A DNA stretch of 64,000 nt from an uncultured Chlamydiae bacterium (GCA_963754655.1 CAVWGN010000001.1:2880001-2944000); one strand, 5' to 3'. Shown: positions 51,450 through 61,545, counted from the stretch's first letter. The notes: generated from the letters alone by a model not told the origin. A program made the numbers and translations.

Positions 51450-51526
51450 TAGCTTAATGCGTATAAGGCATTATTCTGTGTTGGCTACACCCTCCTACCA
51501 CGCCGTCTGAAGGATGACAAGAGATT
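51450..51526. repeat. Decayed right half of the A-in-D composite element
   Basis: TAGCTTAATGCGTATA AGGCAT...CCCTC...GTCTGAAGGATGACAAGAGATT aligns with 15345-15420. Confidence 0.7.
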
Positions 51527-51529
51527 AGA

Positions 51530-52714
51530 CTAAAAATTGAGACAACTACGCGCAATCATCCATTCTTCACGTGTATGGAGAATCAATACTCGGATAGGCG
51601 AGGAAAAGCTTGTAATCTCAGCGTCTGGTTGACATCTCCGATTTTTTTCAAGATCAATAGCGATATTCAAGCAGGCCAATCCTCGGCAAGTCTCTTCGCG
51701 AATGAATGCTGCGTTTTCTCCAATTCCTCCTGTAAAGCTCAAGACATTAAAACCACCTAAAGAAACTACCAAAGCTCCAATAGCTGTCTTTAAGCGATGA
51801 ACAAACATTTGAACTGCTAAGTGAGCACGCTCTTCCTGTTTACTGAGCAGATCACGCATATCGGAACTTCCTCCGATACCCTTAAGGCCTGAAGCAAAGT
51901 TTAAAGCCTTATCAACAGTTTGTAAGGACATTCGCTGTTCTCGCATCAAATAAAGTAAAATACCTGGATCAATGGAGCCGCAACGAGTCCCCATCATCAA
52001 TCCTTCTAAGGGAGTTAATCCCATTGTCGTCTCATAGCTTTTCCCATTTTGAATGGCACAAAGCGAACAGCCATTCCCCAAATGACAATTGATGATCTTT
52101 AAAGATTGAGCATCTTGCTTTAAAAAACTTGCTGCCCGCTCTGCACAGTATTGATGGCTAATGCCATGGAAACCATAACGTTGAATTCCTTTATCTTTCC
52201 ACTCCCAAGGGACTGGATAAGTCTTCACAATTTCTGGCATTGTCACATGAAACGACGTATCGAAGATGGCAATTTGGAGAATAGAAGGAAAAATTTTTTC
52301 CATCAATTCAATTCCTTGGAGATTAGCTGGATTATGCAACGGAGCTAATGGAATCAGTTGTCGAATGCGCTCTTTCACTTTGGCATCAATGCGAGTCGCC
52401 TGCTCAAACTCTTTTCCTCCGTGCACGACCCGATGTCCAATTCTTTGAATTGCAGTGAGGCCCTCAATGACTTGAGTATCCCCTTGCCATAAACTATCAA
52501 GCAGCGTTTTGATTCCTGTTTCAATGTTGTGGTGATCCAAATTTTGCTCTATTTGAACACCTTTGAAGGTCCTCACGGATAGAAAAAGAACTTGATTTTC
52601 TCTCCCCCAATCTAAAAATCCTTCCCACAAAGGGTCAATAAGCTTTTCATTTTGCAGATCGTATAAGGATAGCTTATGTGAACTTGAGCCCGCGTTCACA
52701 ACTAAGATTTTCAT
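51530..52714 (-). CDS. ackA: Acetate kinase
   Basis: VNAGSSS, GHRVVHGG, APLHNP, RYGFHG, CHLGNG, FTGGIGEN; ATG overlaps the xfp stop. Confidence 0.96.
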   Translation of the reverse strand: MKILVVNAGSSSHKLSLYDLQNEKLIDPLWEGFLDWGRENQVLFLSVRTFKGVQIEQNLDHHNIETGIKTLLDSLWQGDTQVIEGLTAIQRIGHRVVHGGKEFEQATRIDAKVKERIRQLIPLAPLHNPANLQGIELMEKIFPSILQIAIFDTSFHVTMPEIVKTYPVPWEWKDKGIQRYGFHGISHQYCAERAASFLKQDAQSLKIINCHLGNGCSLCAIQNGKSYETTMGLTPLEGLMMGTRCGSIDPGILLYLMREQRMSLQTVDKALNFASGLKGIGGSSDMRDLLSKQEERAHLAVQMFVHRLKTAIGALVVSLGGFNVLSFTGGIGENAAFIREETCRGLACLNIAIDLEKNRRCQPDAEITSFSSPIRVLILHTREEWMIARSCLNF

Positions 52715-55137
52715 GATTGAGCTCTTTTCCACGTCCAATTTTTAATATTATCTGGATCATCCCCCTTCTCTACAATATAGCGCCGATGGTCTTTCAACAT
52801 ATAATCAAACATGGAAATTTTCTCCATAGCACAAGCCGCGACTTCTGGATTCTTCTCGCTAGCCAAGCGAATGGCTTGATTAGCTAAATGAAAGCGACTG
52901 GCTCTATTCCGTACTAGCATGTCAAAGGGGGTGGTCGTTGTTCCCTCTTCCCGATAGCCATTGATATGAAAACGTTGAGTGTCTCCACGATGGAATAGTA
53001 ATTGCTTCAAAGCAGAGGGATAACCATGAAAATTAAAAATCACAGGACAATGATTAGTAAAAAGGGCGTCAAACATGTTTTGATCCAAACCATGAGGGTG
53101 AAGCGATCCAGATTCAATGACTAATAAATCCGTCACATTGACGACACGTAAACGCAAAGCAGGGACCTCTTCTCTTAAAAGCTGAGCTGCCGCTAAAACT
53201 TCAACCGTCAGAATATCACTAAGTCCCACCATGACAACATCTGGGTCAATACCATCCTCTACACTCGCCCATTTCCAAATAGAGACGCCTGCACGACAGT
53301 GGCTAATCGCTTCATCCATGGTTAGCCATTGAGGCATCTCCAATTTATTGGAAACGACAAGATTGATATAATTTTTACTTTTCAAACAATGGTCAATTGT
53401 GCTGATCAAACAGTTGCCATCTGGGGGTAAATAGATGCGAACCATCTCTCCTTTTTTATTGAGTAGTGTATTGAGAAAGCCTGGATTTTGATGGGAAAAT
53501 CCATTATGTTCCTGACGCCAAAGCGTAGAAGTGGCGATATAATTTAAAGAAGGAACAGGCAATCGCCAAGGAAAGTCGTGAGACATTTTAATGAACTTAG
53601 CATATTGATCAACCATTGTTGCCACAATACCTAAAAAGGCTTCATAGGAAGGGAAAAGCCCATAGCGTCCAGTCAAAGCATAACCTTGCATCCAACCTTG
53701 GCAAGTATGTTCGCTCAAAATTTCAAGAACGCGGCCATTATCCGGACCAATATAAGTATCCCAAGGATGTAGAGGCCATTGATAATCGCGATGCGTCGCT
53801 TTAAAGACGTTCAGCTTATTCGACTCAAGTTCATCCGGTGAAAAAATGCGAAAATGAGACGGATTATTGCGAATGATATCTTCAAGCAAGGAAACAATGG
53901 ATGTCACATTGCTGATTCTTTTTTGACCTCGCGCGATCTCTGCCCCTTGTCTATCTAGCTGGATTTCATAATGATAAATATCTTCCCGTTTTAATGGCTG
54001 GCAGACTTTGCCCCCAAAAGTATGCGGATTAGAGCCCATACGTCGTTGCCCTTTAGGACACATGCGAAGAACATTCTCATAAGGATGTCCTTCAGTGTCA
54101 AAGAGTTCATGCGGACGGTAAGAATGCAGCCAATCGTCTAGTAACTGTAATGTTTTGGGATTTTGTTTCACATCTGGCGCAGGAACTTGATGAGCTCGAT
54201 AAGTGCCTTCAATGCGCACTCCATCGATTTCTTTAATGCCTCCCATTCCTTTTAGTGAGCGTAAAAGGATCACAGGCCACCGTGGCTGCGCAATGGGTGT
54301 TCCAGAACGAGCAATTTCTTGAATGGAGCGGATGAGATGATAAGCCCAATCCAGGGCAGCAAAAAGCGAAGCATCTAAATCATCGCCAGATACAATACAG
54401 GGATGGTAGCCATAGCCGCGAAAGAGATCTTGCAGCTCTTGATCGCTCATTGTGCCGTAAATCGTTGGACTTGAAATCTTATAGCCATTGATGTGGACAA
54501 TGGGCAACACGGCTCCAGATTCGGCAGGATCAATGAATTTTGGACTATGCCAAGCTGTGGCTGTCGGACCAGTTTCTGCTTCTCCATCCCCCACAATGCA
54601 GGCAACAATTAAGTCGGGATTATCCATGGCTGCACCGAAAGCTGTTGCCAACGCATAACCTAGTTCGCCGCCTTCATGGATCGTTCCAGGTAGACCAGCA
54701 TATAAATGGCTAGGAAAGCCATTCGGCCAAGAAAAATCATGTACAAATTGTTGCATTCCAGCTAAATCTTGCGTCAGATGAGGATAATAAGTGCTTAGAG
54801 AGCTCTCTAAATAAAGATTAGCCAAGACAGCCGGTGCTCCATGGCCAGGCCCTGTCACCAAAAACATGTCGATATTGTATTGGATAATGAGGCGATTTAA
54901 GTGTGCATAAATTAAGTTAATGCCGGGACAGGTTCCCCAATGCCCCAAAAGGCGCGGCTTGATATCATCGGCTTTAAGCGGTTCACGCAATAAGACATTG
55001 TCTTGTAAATAAATTTGGGCAGCAGCCAAATAATTAGTGGCTCGTTGATAGAGTTTGAGAAGATTGAGTTCTTCTCGATGCTCGGCATTCATTTCTTCTG
55101 CCGATCTTAAGTGATTTTTCTCCAGTAAAACTGTCAT
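52711..55137 (-). CDS. xfp: Xylulose-5-P/fructose-6-P phosphoketolase
   Basis: LGHWGT, GPGHG, HEGGELGY, GDGEAETGP, SYEAF, HNGFSHQ, EEGTTTTPFDM. Confidence 0.96.
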   Translation of the reverse strand: MTVLLEKNHLRSAEEMNAEHREELNLLKLYQRATNYLAAAQIYLQDNVLLREPLKADDIKPRLLGHWGTCPGINLIYAHLNRLIIQYNIDMFLVTGPGHGAPAVLANLYLESSLSTYYPHLTQDLAGMQQFVHDFSWPNGFPSHLYAGLPGTIHEGGELGYALATAFGAAMDNPDLIVACIVGDGEAETGPTATAWHSPKFIDPAESGAVLPIVHINGYKISSPTIYGTMSDQELQDLFRGYGYHPCIVSGDDLDASLFAALDWAYHLIRSIQEIARSGTPIAQPRWPVILLRSLKGMGGIKEIDGVRIEGTYRAHQVPAPDVKQNPKTLQLLDDWLHSYRPHELFDTEGHPYENVLRMCPKGQRRMGSNPHTFGGKVCQPLKREDIYHYEIQLDRQGAEIARGQKRISNVTSIVSLLEDIIRNNPSHFRIFSPDELESNKLNVFKATHRDYQWPLHPWDTYIGPDNGRVLEILSEHTCQGWMQGYALTGRYGLFPSYEAFLGIVATMVDQYAKFIKMSHDFPWRLPVPSLNYIATSTLWRQEHNGFSHQNPGFLNTLLNKKGEMVRIYLPPDGNCLISTIDHCLKSKNYINLVVSNKLEMPQWLTMDEAISHCRAGVSIWKWASVEDGIDPDVVMVGLSDILTVEVLAAAQLLREEVPALRLRVVNVTDLLVIESGSLHPHGLDQNMFDALFTNHCPVIFNFHGYPSALKQLLFHRGDTQRFHINGYREEGTTTTPFDMLVRNRASRFHLANQAIRLASEKNPEVAACAMEKISMFDYMLKDHRRYIVEKGDDPDNIKNWTWKRAQS

Positions 55138-55281
55138 GTTCCTTCCAAAAATGATCTTTCTTTCTTTAAGAAATCATATTTTTGGGTTTATCACCATCAA
55201 TTTTTTCTTTGGAGAAGATTCTATCTAATTATTACAAGTGATTGAAAATTTAATATTTATCATTTTAAACCAAGGCCTAAT

Positions 55282-55319
55282 TAGTACTTTGTCACATGAG
55301 TTTCATGTGACGAAGGACT
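55282..55319. repeat. Mini hairpin related to the family-D terminus
   Basis: TAGTACTTTGTCACATGAGTTTCATGTGACGAAGGACT; may double as the atoC terminator. Confidence 0.5.
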
Positions 55320-55329
55320 TTTGGCCAAG

Positions 55330-56658
55330 TTAAATCAGATTGTATTCTTGTAGTTTATCACGCAATGTCTTTACGCTGATTCCCAACGTTTCAGCAGCTT
55401 TTGTCCGATTTTCATGCATTTGCAGTGTTTCAACGATGAGCTGTTTTTCAAGCTCTTGAAGGGTCTTACCTGCTATTGCATTGGCTGCAGGCCCATCCAA
55501 ATGCAAGTGATGATCTTGAATGACTTTGCCACGATCCATGACAATGGAGCGCTCGATGACATTTGCCAGCTCACGCACATTCCCTGGCCAACGATAAGAC
55601 AACAGTTTCTTTTTAGCCTCTGGGCTCAGTGTTTTCCTTTCTAGATGATTGCCTTGGCAGGTCCGCTCAATAAAATCATTAGCTAAGGGAAGAATATCTT
55701 CCTGGCGCTCGCGCAAAGGAGGCAAAATGATAGGGACAACATTCAATCGATAGTATAAATCTTCGCGTAGAACTTTATTGGCAATTGCTTCATGCATATC
55801 ACGATTAGACGTTGAGATCAAACGCACATTTACTTTAATGGATTTAGATCCCCCTACTCGCTCAAATTCCTGCTCCTGTGTCACACGGAGAAGCTTGGCT
55901 TGCAAAGCTAAGGGAATTTCAGTGATTTCATCCAAAAGCAAAGATCCTTTATCAGCCAACTCGAAGCGGCCAAGGCGTTTGCTTGCAGCACCTGTAAAAG
56001 CTCCTTTTTCATGTCCAAAGAACTCTGATTCAACCAATGCTTCTGGAACTGCTGCACAGTTGACTTTGATGAAAGGTTGGTTAGCTCGAGGTGAGCTATA
56101 GTGAACTAAATAAGCAATGACTTCCTTACCTGTTCCTGTTTCTCCATTGATAAAAACATTGGCATTGCTTTTGGCAATTTGTTGCACATCTTGCAAAATT
56201 TTCTTCATAGCGGGGCTTTCCGCAATAATGGGGCGTCCATAAGGATGACAAACAATTTGTTCACGTAAGTAGTGATTTTCCTCTACCAAAACCACATGCT
56301 GATTGGCTTTCTCAATATTCGCCATTAAACTTTCAAGTGAAAAAGGTTTAATAAGATAATGAAAAGCGCCGCTTTGCATCGCTTCTACAGCATTTTCAAT
56401 GGTGCCAAAGGCTGTAACAACGATGACAAGCGTGCGAGGTGAAATTTCTTTGACAGCTTTCAGCACATCCATGCCCGTGATGCCCGGCATTTTCATATCG
56501 GTGATGACTAAGTCGAATGATTGTTCTTTGAGAAGATTCAAAGCCTTGGTACCATTCTCAGCCGCTATAGCTTCAACTCCTTTGCGCTTAAGAGCCTCTA
56601 CTAAAAAATTGCGCATGAGAACTTCATCGTCGACAACTAAAATTTTTTCTATAGACAT
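55330..56658 (-). CDS. atoC: Sigma54-dependent response regulator (CtcC/AtoC)
   Basis: Receiver domain, GETGTGKE, GAFTGA, WPGNVREL, Fis-type HTH. Confidence 0.93.
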   Translation of the reverse strand: MSIEKILVVDDEVLMRNFLVEALKRKGVEAIAAENGTKALNLLKEQSFDLVITDMKMPGITGMDVLKAVKEISPRTLVIVVTAFGTIENAVEAMQSGAFHYLIKPFSLESLMANIEKANQHVVLVEENHYLREQIVCHPYGRPIIAESPAMKKILQDVQQIAKSNANVFINGETGTGKEVIAYLVHYSSPRANQPFIKVNCAAVPEALVESEFFGHEKGAFTGAASKRLGRFELADKGSLLLDEITEIPLALQAKLLRVTQEQEFERVGGSKSIKVNVRLISTSNRDMHEAIANKVLREDLYYRLNVVPIILPPLRERQEDILPLANDFIERTCQGNHLERKTLSPEAKKKLLSYRWPGNVRELANVIERSIVMDRGKVIQDHHLHLDGPAANAIAGKTLQELEKQLIVETLQMHENRTKAAETLGISVKTLRDKLQEYNLI

Positions 56659-56665
56659 TCTGTTT

Positions 56666-57943
56666 CTATTCTCCTAACTTTAGCGGAATTTTAATTGTAA
56701 ATACTGAACCTTTGCTAACTTGCGACTGCACTTCAATCCATCCCTGATGAGCTTGAATGACTTTATGAACTTCTGCCAATCCTAAGCCATTGCCTGTTTC
56801 TTTAGTGGTAAAAAAGGGTGAAAAAATCTTAGATAAATTTTCTGTTGGAATTCCCATTCCCGTATCTTCAATATGCAGAGTCACCCAGGAGGAATCGGGT
56901 TCTATTCTAACCAAAAGACGGCCTCCCGCGGGCATGGCTTGAGCAGCATTGACAAACACATTCAACAGAGCAGACTTAAATAGCTGCGGATCAAGTGGAA
57001 CAATGAGAGAAGAAACAGGAGTTTGAATAATAAAATCAATTTGAGTATTCCAATTGAGATCTATTTGCATAAGCTGCTTGATTTCTTCAATTAAGTGAAT
57101 CAAATCCACATTTTCGATATGCAGATGAAAAGGACGTGCATATTGTAGCACCTGCGAGACAAATTGATTGAGATCATCTGATCCTTGTACAATATAAGCA
57201 GCCATTTGCTGCAGATCAGGACGCTCTTTCAACTCTTGCTGCAATAAAGTGGCAAATCCCTTGATTCCTCCTAAAGGGTTGCGAATTTCATGAGCCAGGT
57301 GAGCGGCGAGCTCTCCTAAATCTTTCAAGCGATCGTAGCGGTTAGCCACTTGCTGCAAGCGGCGAAATTGGGTAATATCGCGCAATAAGACCAGCAGCCC
57401 CTGAATAGGGGTTGAGGAAGTTTGGCGATGGGCCAAAGAATATGTTTGCTGACTCATAGCCACAAAGGTCCCCTCGATTTCCAATTCCATGACTTGCCCT
57501 TGTCGGCTCCAAGATAAAAATGTCATTTTGGGACATTGTTTTGTATCAAAAGCCTCTTGCAAAGAAAAACCTAAGAATTTGTCGTCAAAACGATCACTAA
57601 AAGGATGAAAAAGCAGATCTTTTTCTGGAATTTGCAGAATTTGCTGAGCAGCAGCATTGTAAGTGGTGACAATCCCCTTTAGGTCAATAAAAAGAATTCC
57701 TTGGGAAATATGATGCAAAATGGTTTCCAAATAACGTGAAACAAAGTCTAATTCACTCAACTTTCCCGCAACGCGCGTATGAGATTCCTGCAAAGCCATT
57801 TGAACAGAGTTAAATCGATCTTGCAGATTGCGGTAGGTCATTTCCAGCCGCTCTGTTTCTAAAAAAAATTGTTTAAACGCTTGTTCTAAATTAAAAGAAT
57901 TGCTTGACAATGCAGGCGAAGAAAAAGATTGAGGTGTTGACAT
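56666..57943 (-). CDS. atoS: PAS-domain sensor histidine kinase (CtcB/AtoS)
   Basis: AHEIRNPLG, NAAQAM, DTGMGI, PFFTTK, GNGLGL. Confidence 0.92.
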   Translation of the reverse strand: MSTPQSFSSPALSSNSFNLEQAFKQFFLETERLEMTYRNLQDRFNSVQMALQESHTRVAGKLSELDFVSRYLETILHHISQGILFIDLKGIVTTYNAAAQQILQIPEKDLLFHPFSDRFDDKFLGFSLQEAFDTKQCPKMTFLSWSRQGQVMELEIEGTFVAMSQQTYSLAHRQTSSTPIQGLLVLLRDITQFRRLQQVANRYDRLKDLGELAAHLAHEIRNPLGGIKGFATLLQQELKERPDLQQMAAYIVQGSDDLNQFVSQVLQYARPFHLHIENVDLIHLIEEIKQLMQIDLNWNTQIDFIIQTPVSSLIVPLDPQLFKSALLNVFVNAAQAMPAGGRLLVRIEPDSSWVTLHIEDTGMGIPTENLSKIFSPFFTTKETGNGLGLAEVHKVIQAHQGWIEVQSQVSKGSVFTIKIPLKLGE

Positions 57944-58131
57944 ATAAAAGCTAATTAAAGTATATATTGTTCCTTTTATTTTACTCTAAATCAGAGAATA
58001 AAACAAATCCCTATGGAAAAAAAGGGGCAAAAATTTTCAATTGTCATTGCAGAAAATCCTCTTTTTTGTCATAATTCGCACTTGCAATCTAAACAATTAG
58101 AGATTGCACAGACAAATCGTTAGGAGATCAA

Positions 58132-58752
58132 ATGGTTCGTTATACAGGTAATAAAAATCGCATTGCCCGACGTTTTGGCGTCAACATCTTTGGGCGTACC
58201 CGCAATCCTCTACTGCATAAGCCCAATCCGCCAGGAGTGCATGGTGCTCGTCGGCGCAAAAAATCTGACTATGGCCTTCAGTTAGAAGAAAAGCAAAAGT
58301 TAAAAGCAATTTATGGAATGCTAACTGAAAAACAATTGGTTGGCTATTACAAGAAAGCTGTGGCGCTAGAAGGCAATACTGCGCAGCATTTTACTGAAAT
58401 GCTCGAGTGCCGTCTCGATAATATCGTGTATCGTTTGAAATTAGCCCCTACTATTTTTGCAGCCCAGCAGCTCGTTTCTCACGGGCATGTTCAAGTGGAT
58501 GGCAAGAAAGTCGATCGCCGCTCATTCCAAGTCAAACCTGGCATGGTGGTTTCGATTAAAGAAAAATCTCGTTCGATGAAGATCATCAATCAAGCCATGG
58601 ATAGTCCACATCGCGCTATTCCTGACTATCTTTCATTTGATAAAGCTCATCATTCTGGACAACTCTTGTCGAGCCCATTGGCTGAACAAATGCCATGGCC
58701 AATTGAGATTAGCCTTCCTGTGATTTGTGACTTTTTAGCTCATACGACCTAA
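58132..58752 (+). CDS. rpsD: 30S ribosomal protein S4
   Basis: [29 protein letters not shown]. Confidence 0.97.
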   Translation: MVRYTGNKNRIARRFGVNIFGRTRNPLLHKPNPPGVHGARRRKKSDYGLQLEEKQKLKAIYGMLTEKQLVGYYKKAVALEGNTAQHFTEMLECRLDNIVYRLKLAPTIFAAQQLVSHGHVQVDGKKVDRRSFQVKPGMVVSIKEKSRSMKIINQAMDSPHRAIPDYLSFDKAHHSGQLLSSPLAEQMPWPIEISLPVICDFLAHTT

Positions 58753-58844
58753 GGCCAAGCGCTTACTTTTTTCTTTGTTTCAAGACGATTGTGGTTGTTT
58801 ACACAGCTTCTATCGTCTTTCCTTTTAAAGAGGCCTTGGATTTG

Positions 58845-59057
58845 ATGTTAACAAAATTTTTAATTATTATCATTCGTCTCTATCAAGTGGCAATTAGCCC
58901 TTTTTTGGGGTTATGCTGCCGTTTTTATCCGACTTGTTCTGCTTATATGATCGAGGCTCTCAAGAGCCATGGCTTTTTCAAGGGAGGCTGGCTAGGTCTT
59001 AAGCGCTTATGTAAATGCCACCCGTGGCATCCTGGCGGTCATGATCCTGTTCCTTAA
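58845..59057 (+). CDS. yidD: Membrane protein insertion efficiency factor
   Basis: [27 protein letters not shown]. Confidence 0.95.
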   Translation: MLTKFLIIIIRLYQVAISPFLGLCCRFYPTCSAYMIEALKSHGFFKGGWLGLKRLCKCHPWHPGGHDPVP

Positions 59058-59078
59058 AACTCATGTAATGGAGTACTA
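59056..59078. repeat. Solo family-D right terminus
   Basis: AAAACTCATGTAATGGAGTACTA, nearly identical to 28107-28129. Confidence 0.75.
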
Positions 59079-59094
59079 TTACTATAGACACCAT

Positions 59095-59976
59095 GGTCAA
59101 GTTGACCGCTTTTAAAACAATGTTCGGACATGAAATAAATATTTATACGTAAATTAAAATATGATAAAAATTTTAATTTCTTGCTATATCGCGGAGCGAT
59201 AAAAGTGGGAAGCCCCGCATGCAGCGTAAGGCCGGTAGGCCTGAAGCGGAATGTGGGGCTGCCAAACCAAATTCTTAAGTCGCGGAAGCGACGACAGAGG
59301 GAGATATGACTCATTCCTATCGGCTGCATTATTTCCATCTTATTTGGTCAACCAGACAGCGACTCCCTCATATCGCTCCTGATGTTCAATCCCGTCTTTA
59401 TCCCTATTTGGGAGCTATTACACGGAATCATTCAGGAAAACTGTTAGAGATCGGAGGAATGTCAGATCATGTTCATTTATTAATAGAGCTTTCTTTACTC
59501 GATAAATTTTCTCATTTTATCAGAGATCTAAAAGCATCTTCCTCTCAATGGATTCATAAAAATTTTCCCAATCTCCATGATTTTGCCTGGCAAGAAGGCT
59601 ATGGATCTTTTTCCGTAAGTTATTCAGCTCTACAAGATGTACAGAAGTACATACAAAATCAAGAACAACATCATGCAACTATGTCATTTAAGGATGAATA
59701 TCTTAAATTCTTGAAACATCATCATGTAAAATATGATGAAAGATTTGTATTGGGATGATCACATTCACTATCCTTACGCTGCTCCCGCAGCTTAATGATC
59801 TTTTGGATACACCCCCACATTCCGCTTCAGGCCTACCGGCCTTACGCTACATGCGGGCTTCCCACTTTTATCGCTCCGCGATATAGCAAGAAATTAAAGT
59901 TTTTATCCTGTTTTAATTGACGTATAAATATTTATTTTATGTCCGAACATTGTTTTAAAAAGCGGTCAAGTTGACC
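59095..59976. mobile_element. Y1/HUH nuclease locus enclosed by ~164-bp inverted arms (family C)
   Basis: 59095-59258 is inverted relative to 59813-59976 with few mismatches; both outer ends carry GGTCAAGTTGACC. Confidence 0.9.
59306..59758 (+). CDS. tnpA: IS200-type Y1 (HUH) transposase-like protein, no tnpB
   Basis: HLIWSTR, DHVHLL (HUH), LKASSS, FAWQEGYG, KYIQNQ (catalytic Tyr); GAGGGAG RBS. Confidence 0.95.
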   Translation: MTHSYRLHYFHLIWSTRQRLPHIAPDVQSRLYPYLGAITRNHSGKLLEIGGMSDHVHLLIELSLLDKFSHFIRDLKASSSQWIHKNFPNLHDFAWQEGYGSFSVSYSALQDVQKYIQNQEQHHATMSFKDEYLKFLKHHHVKYDERFVLG

Positions 59977-60002
59977 CACTTATATCATGGTGAGAAACTT
60001 CT

Positions 60003-61151
60003 ATGGCTATAAACTCTTTCCCTCTTGTCAGTGTCATTATTCCTACCTATAACCAAGCGCGCTATCTGCCAGAAGCATTAGATAGCGTTCTTCAACAAAC
60101 TTATCCTTCAATCGAATTGATCGTCATTGACGATGGATCAACCGATGAGACAGTCCTGATTGGAAAACGCTATGAACAAGATTCTAGAGTTCATTGGATA
60201 AAGCAAACGAATCAAGGGCCTGCCCATGCACGCAATCACGGCATTTCACAAGCTCAAGGAGAGTATATTTGCTTATTGGACAGCGATGATATCATGCATT
60301 CTGAACGCGTTGCAAAGCAATATGAAGTCTTTCAAAAAAATCCCTCTATCGACATTGTTTATACAGCTTTAGAATTAATCGATTCTCAAGGCCACTCCTT
60401 AGGAATCATGCAAGGTCAACAAATTCCATCAATTGATTTTCTAGCCTTCATGCTCTTCCGCAATCTCATTCCCACCTCAAGCGTCATCATGTCCAAAAGC
60501 CACTGTTTAAAAGAGCACCCCTATCATACTGCTTACAGACATGCGGAGGATTATGAGCTTATGCTGCGTTTAGCCCACCTCTTTCACTTTCATTATCTCG
60601 ATGTTCCTTTAACGCGCTACCGCCGCCACAAGACCAACCTTTCTAATGATCTAGAAGCTCATCGGACCACCGAATGCAAAGTATTGCAAAAATATCCCCG
60701 CTCCCAGATTGATCAAATTGTGAATCAAACGACCCTTCCACCTGAGGAAAAGGAGCTTCTCAAAGGACGTATTCTGTTTAACCAAGAACACTTTGAAGAT
60801 GCTTTAACTCTCTTTAAGCAGCTTCACTTAAGTTTAGCTCTCTTTTATCAAGGCAACTGCCTTCTGCGGCTCCATCATCCTCTGCAAGCCTTGCAAGCCT
60901 ATCAACAAGCACTCGCGCAAGATCAAACTAACCCTGCCTGCTATAACAATTTAGGAGTCGCCTACGCCCTTGAAGGAAAATTAGATCAAGCCAAAGAATG
61001 CTTTCGACAAGCCTTAGCTCTTAACAAAAGCTACCTCGATGCTCAATTTAATCTTCATCATTCGCTGGATCAATGGCGCGTGACCTGGCGTGAGCTGCGC
61101 CCCACTCTACTTCCCTACCATTCATTAAAAAGATCATCCCATGAACAGTAA
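60003..61151 (+). CDS. GT2 glycosyltransferase with C-terminal TPR repeats
   Basis: VSVIIPTYN, DDGSTD, LDSDD, EDY; TPR motif YNNLGVAY. Confidence 0.92.
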   Translation: MAINSFPLVSVIIPTYNQARYLPEALDSVLQQTYPSIELIVIDDGSTDETVLIGKRYEQDSRVHWIKQTNQGPAHARNHGISQAQGEYICLLDSDDIMHSERVAKQYEVFQKNPSIDIVYTALELIDSQGHSLGIMQGQQIPSIDFLAFMLFRNLIPTSSVIMSKSHCLKEHPYHTAYRHAEDYELMLRLAHLFHFHYLDVPLTRYRRHKTNLSNDLEAHRTTECKVLQKYPRSQIDQIVNQTTLPPEEKELLKGRILFNQEHFEDALTLFKQLHLSLALFYQGNCLLRLHHPLQALQAYQQALAQDQTNPACYNNLGVAYALEGKLDQAKECFRQALALNKSYLDAQFNLHHSLDQWRVTWRELRPTLLPYHSLKRSSHEQ

Positions 61152-61218
61152 ACGCCTCTATTTCGAAACAAGATGGAATCGCTATTAGAATCGAAGCCTA
61201 TTCTATTGTTTACGCTTC

Positions 61219-61482
61219 TTAAACAAAATTCATATAAACAAAATTGGATCCTGCTTCAGGATATACTCCCCATGCACGTAATTGATGTCTAAAAGGCGGA
61301 GTTACCTGATTTCCTGGTAATAGAAAATCCATCCAGTCAGCCCATGTTTTTACGCTTCCTGTTATAAAACTAAAGGGCCAAGGAAAGTGTCTCAAAAATT
61401 CTTGAAAAGTTAAATCCACCTTTGAACCTGTCCCATGTTGAATGGACAAAATAAGCGTGGATACGACAACACATCTCTTCAT
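61219..61482 (-). CDS. Short hypothetical ORF, possibly a gene fragment
   Basis: 87 aa; the frame stays open about 14 codons upstream of the ATG; no motif recognised. Confidence 0.3.
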   Translation of the reverse strand: MKRCVVVSTLILSIQHGTGSKVDLTFQEFLRHFPWPFSFITGSVKTWADWMDFLLPGNQVTPPFRHQLRAWGVYPEAGSNFVYMNFV

Positions 61483-61545
61483 GGCTTCTCGAAATTGAGT
61501 AATCTCACCATCACCAAAAAAAGTTTAAATTGATAGTTACCGTCT

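Noticed and set aside
59054..59338. 94-aa minus-strand ORF as a tnpA partner gene
   Set aside because: It lies across the inverted arm and overlaps tnpA antisense; no motif and not TnpB-like.
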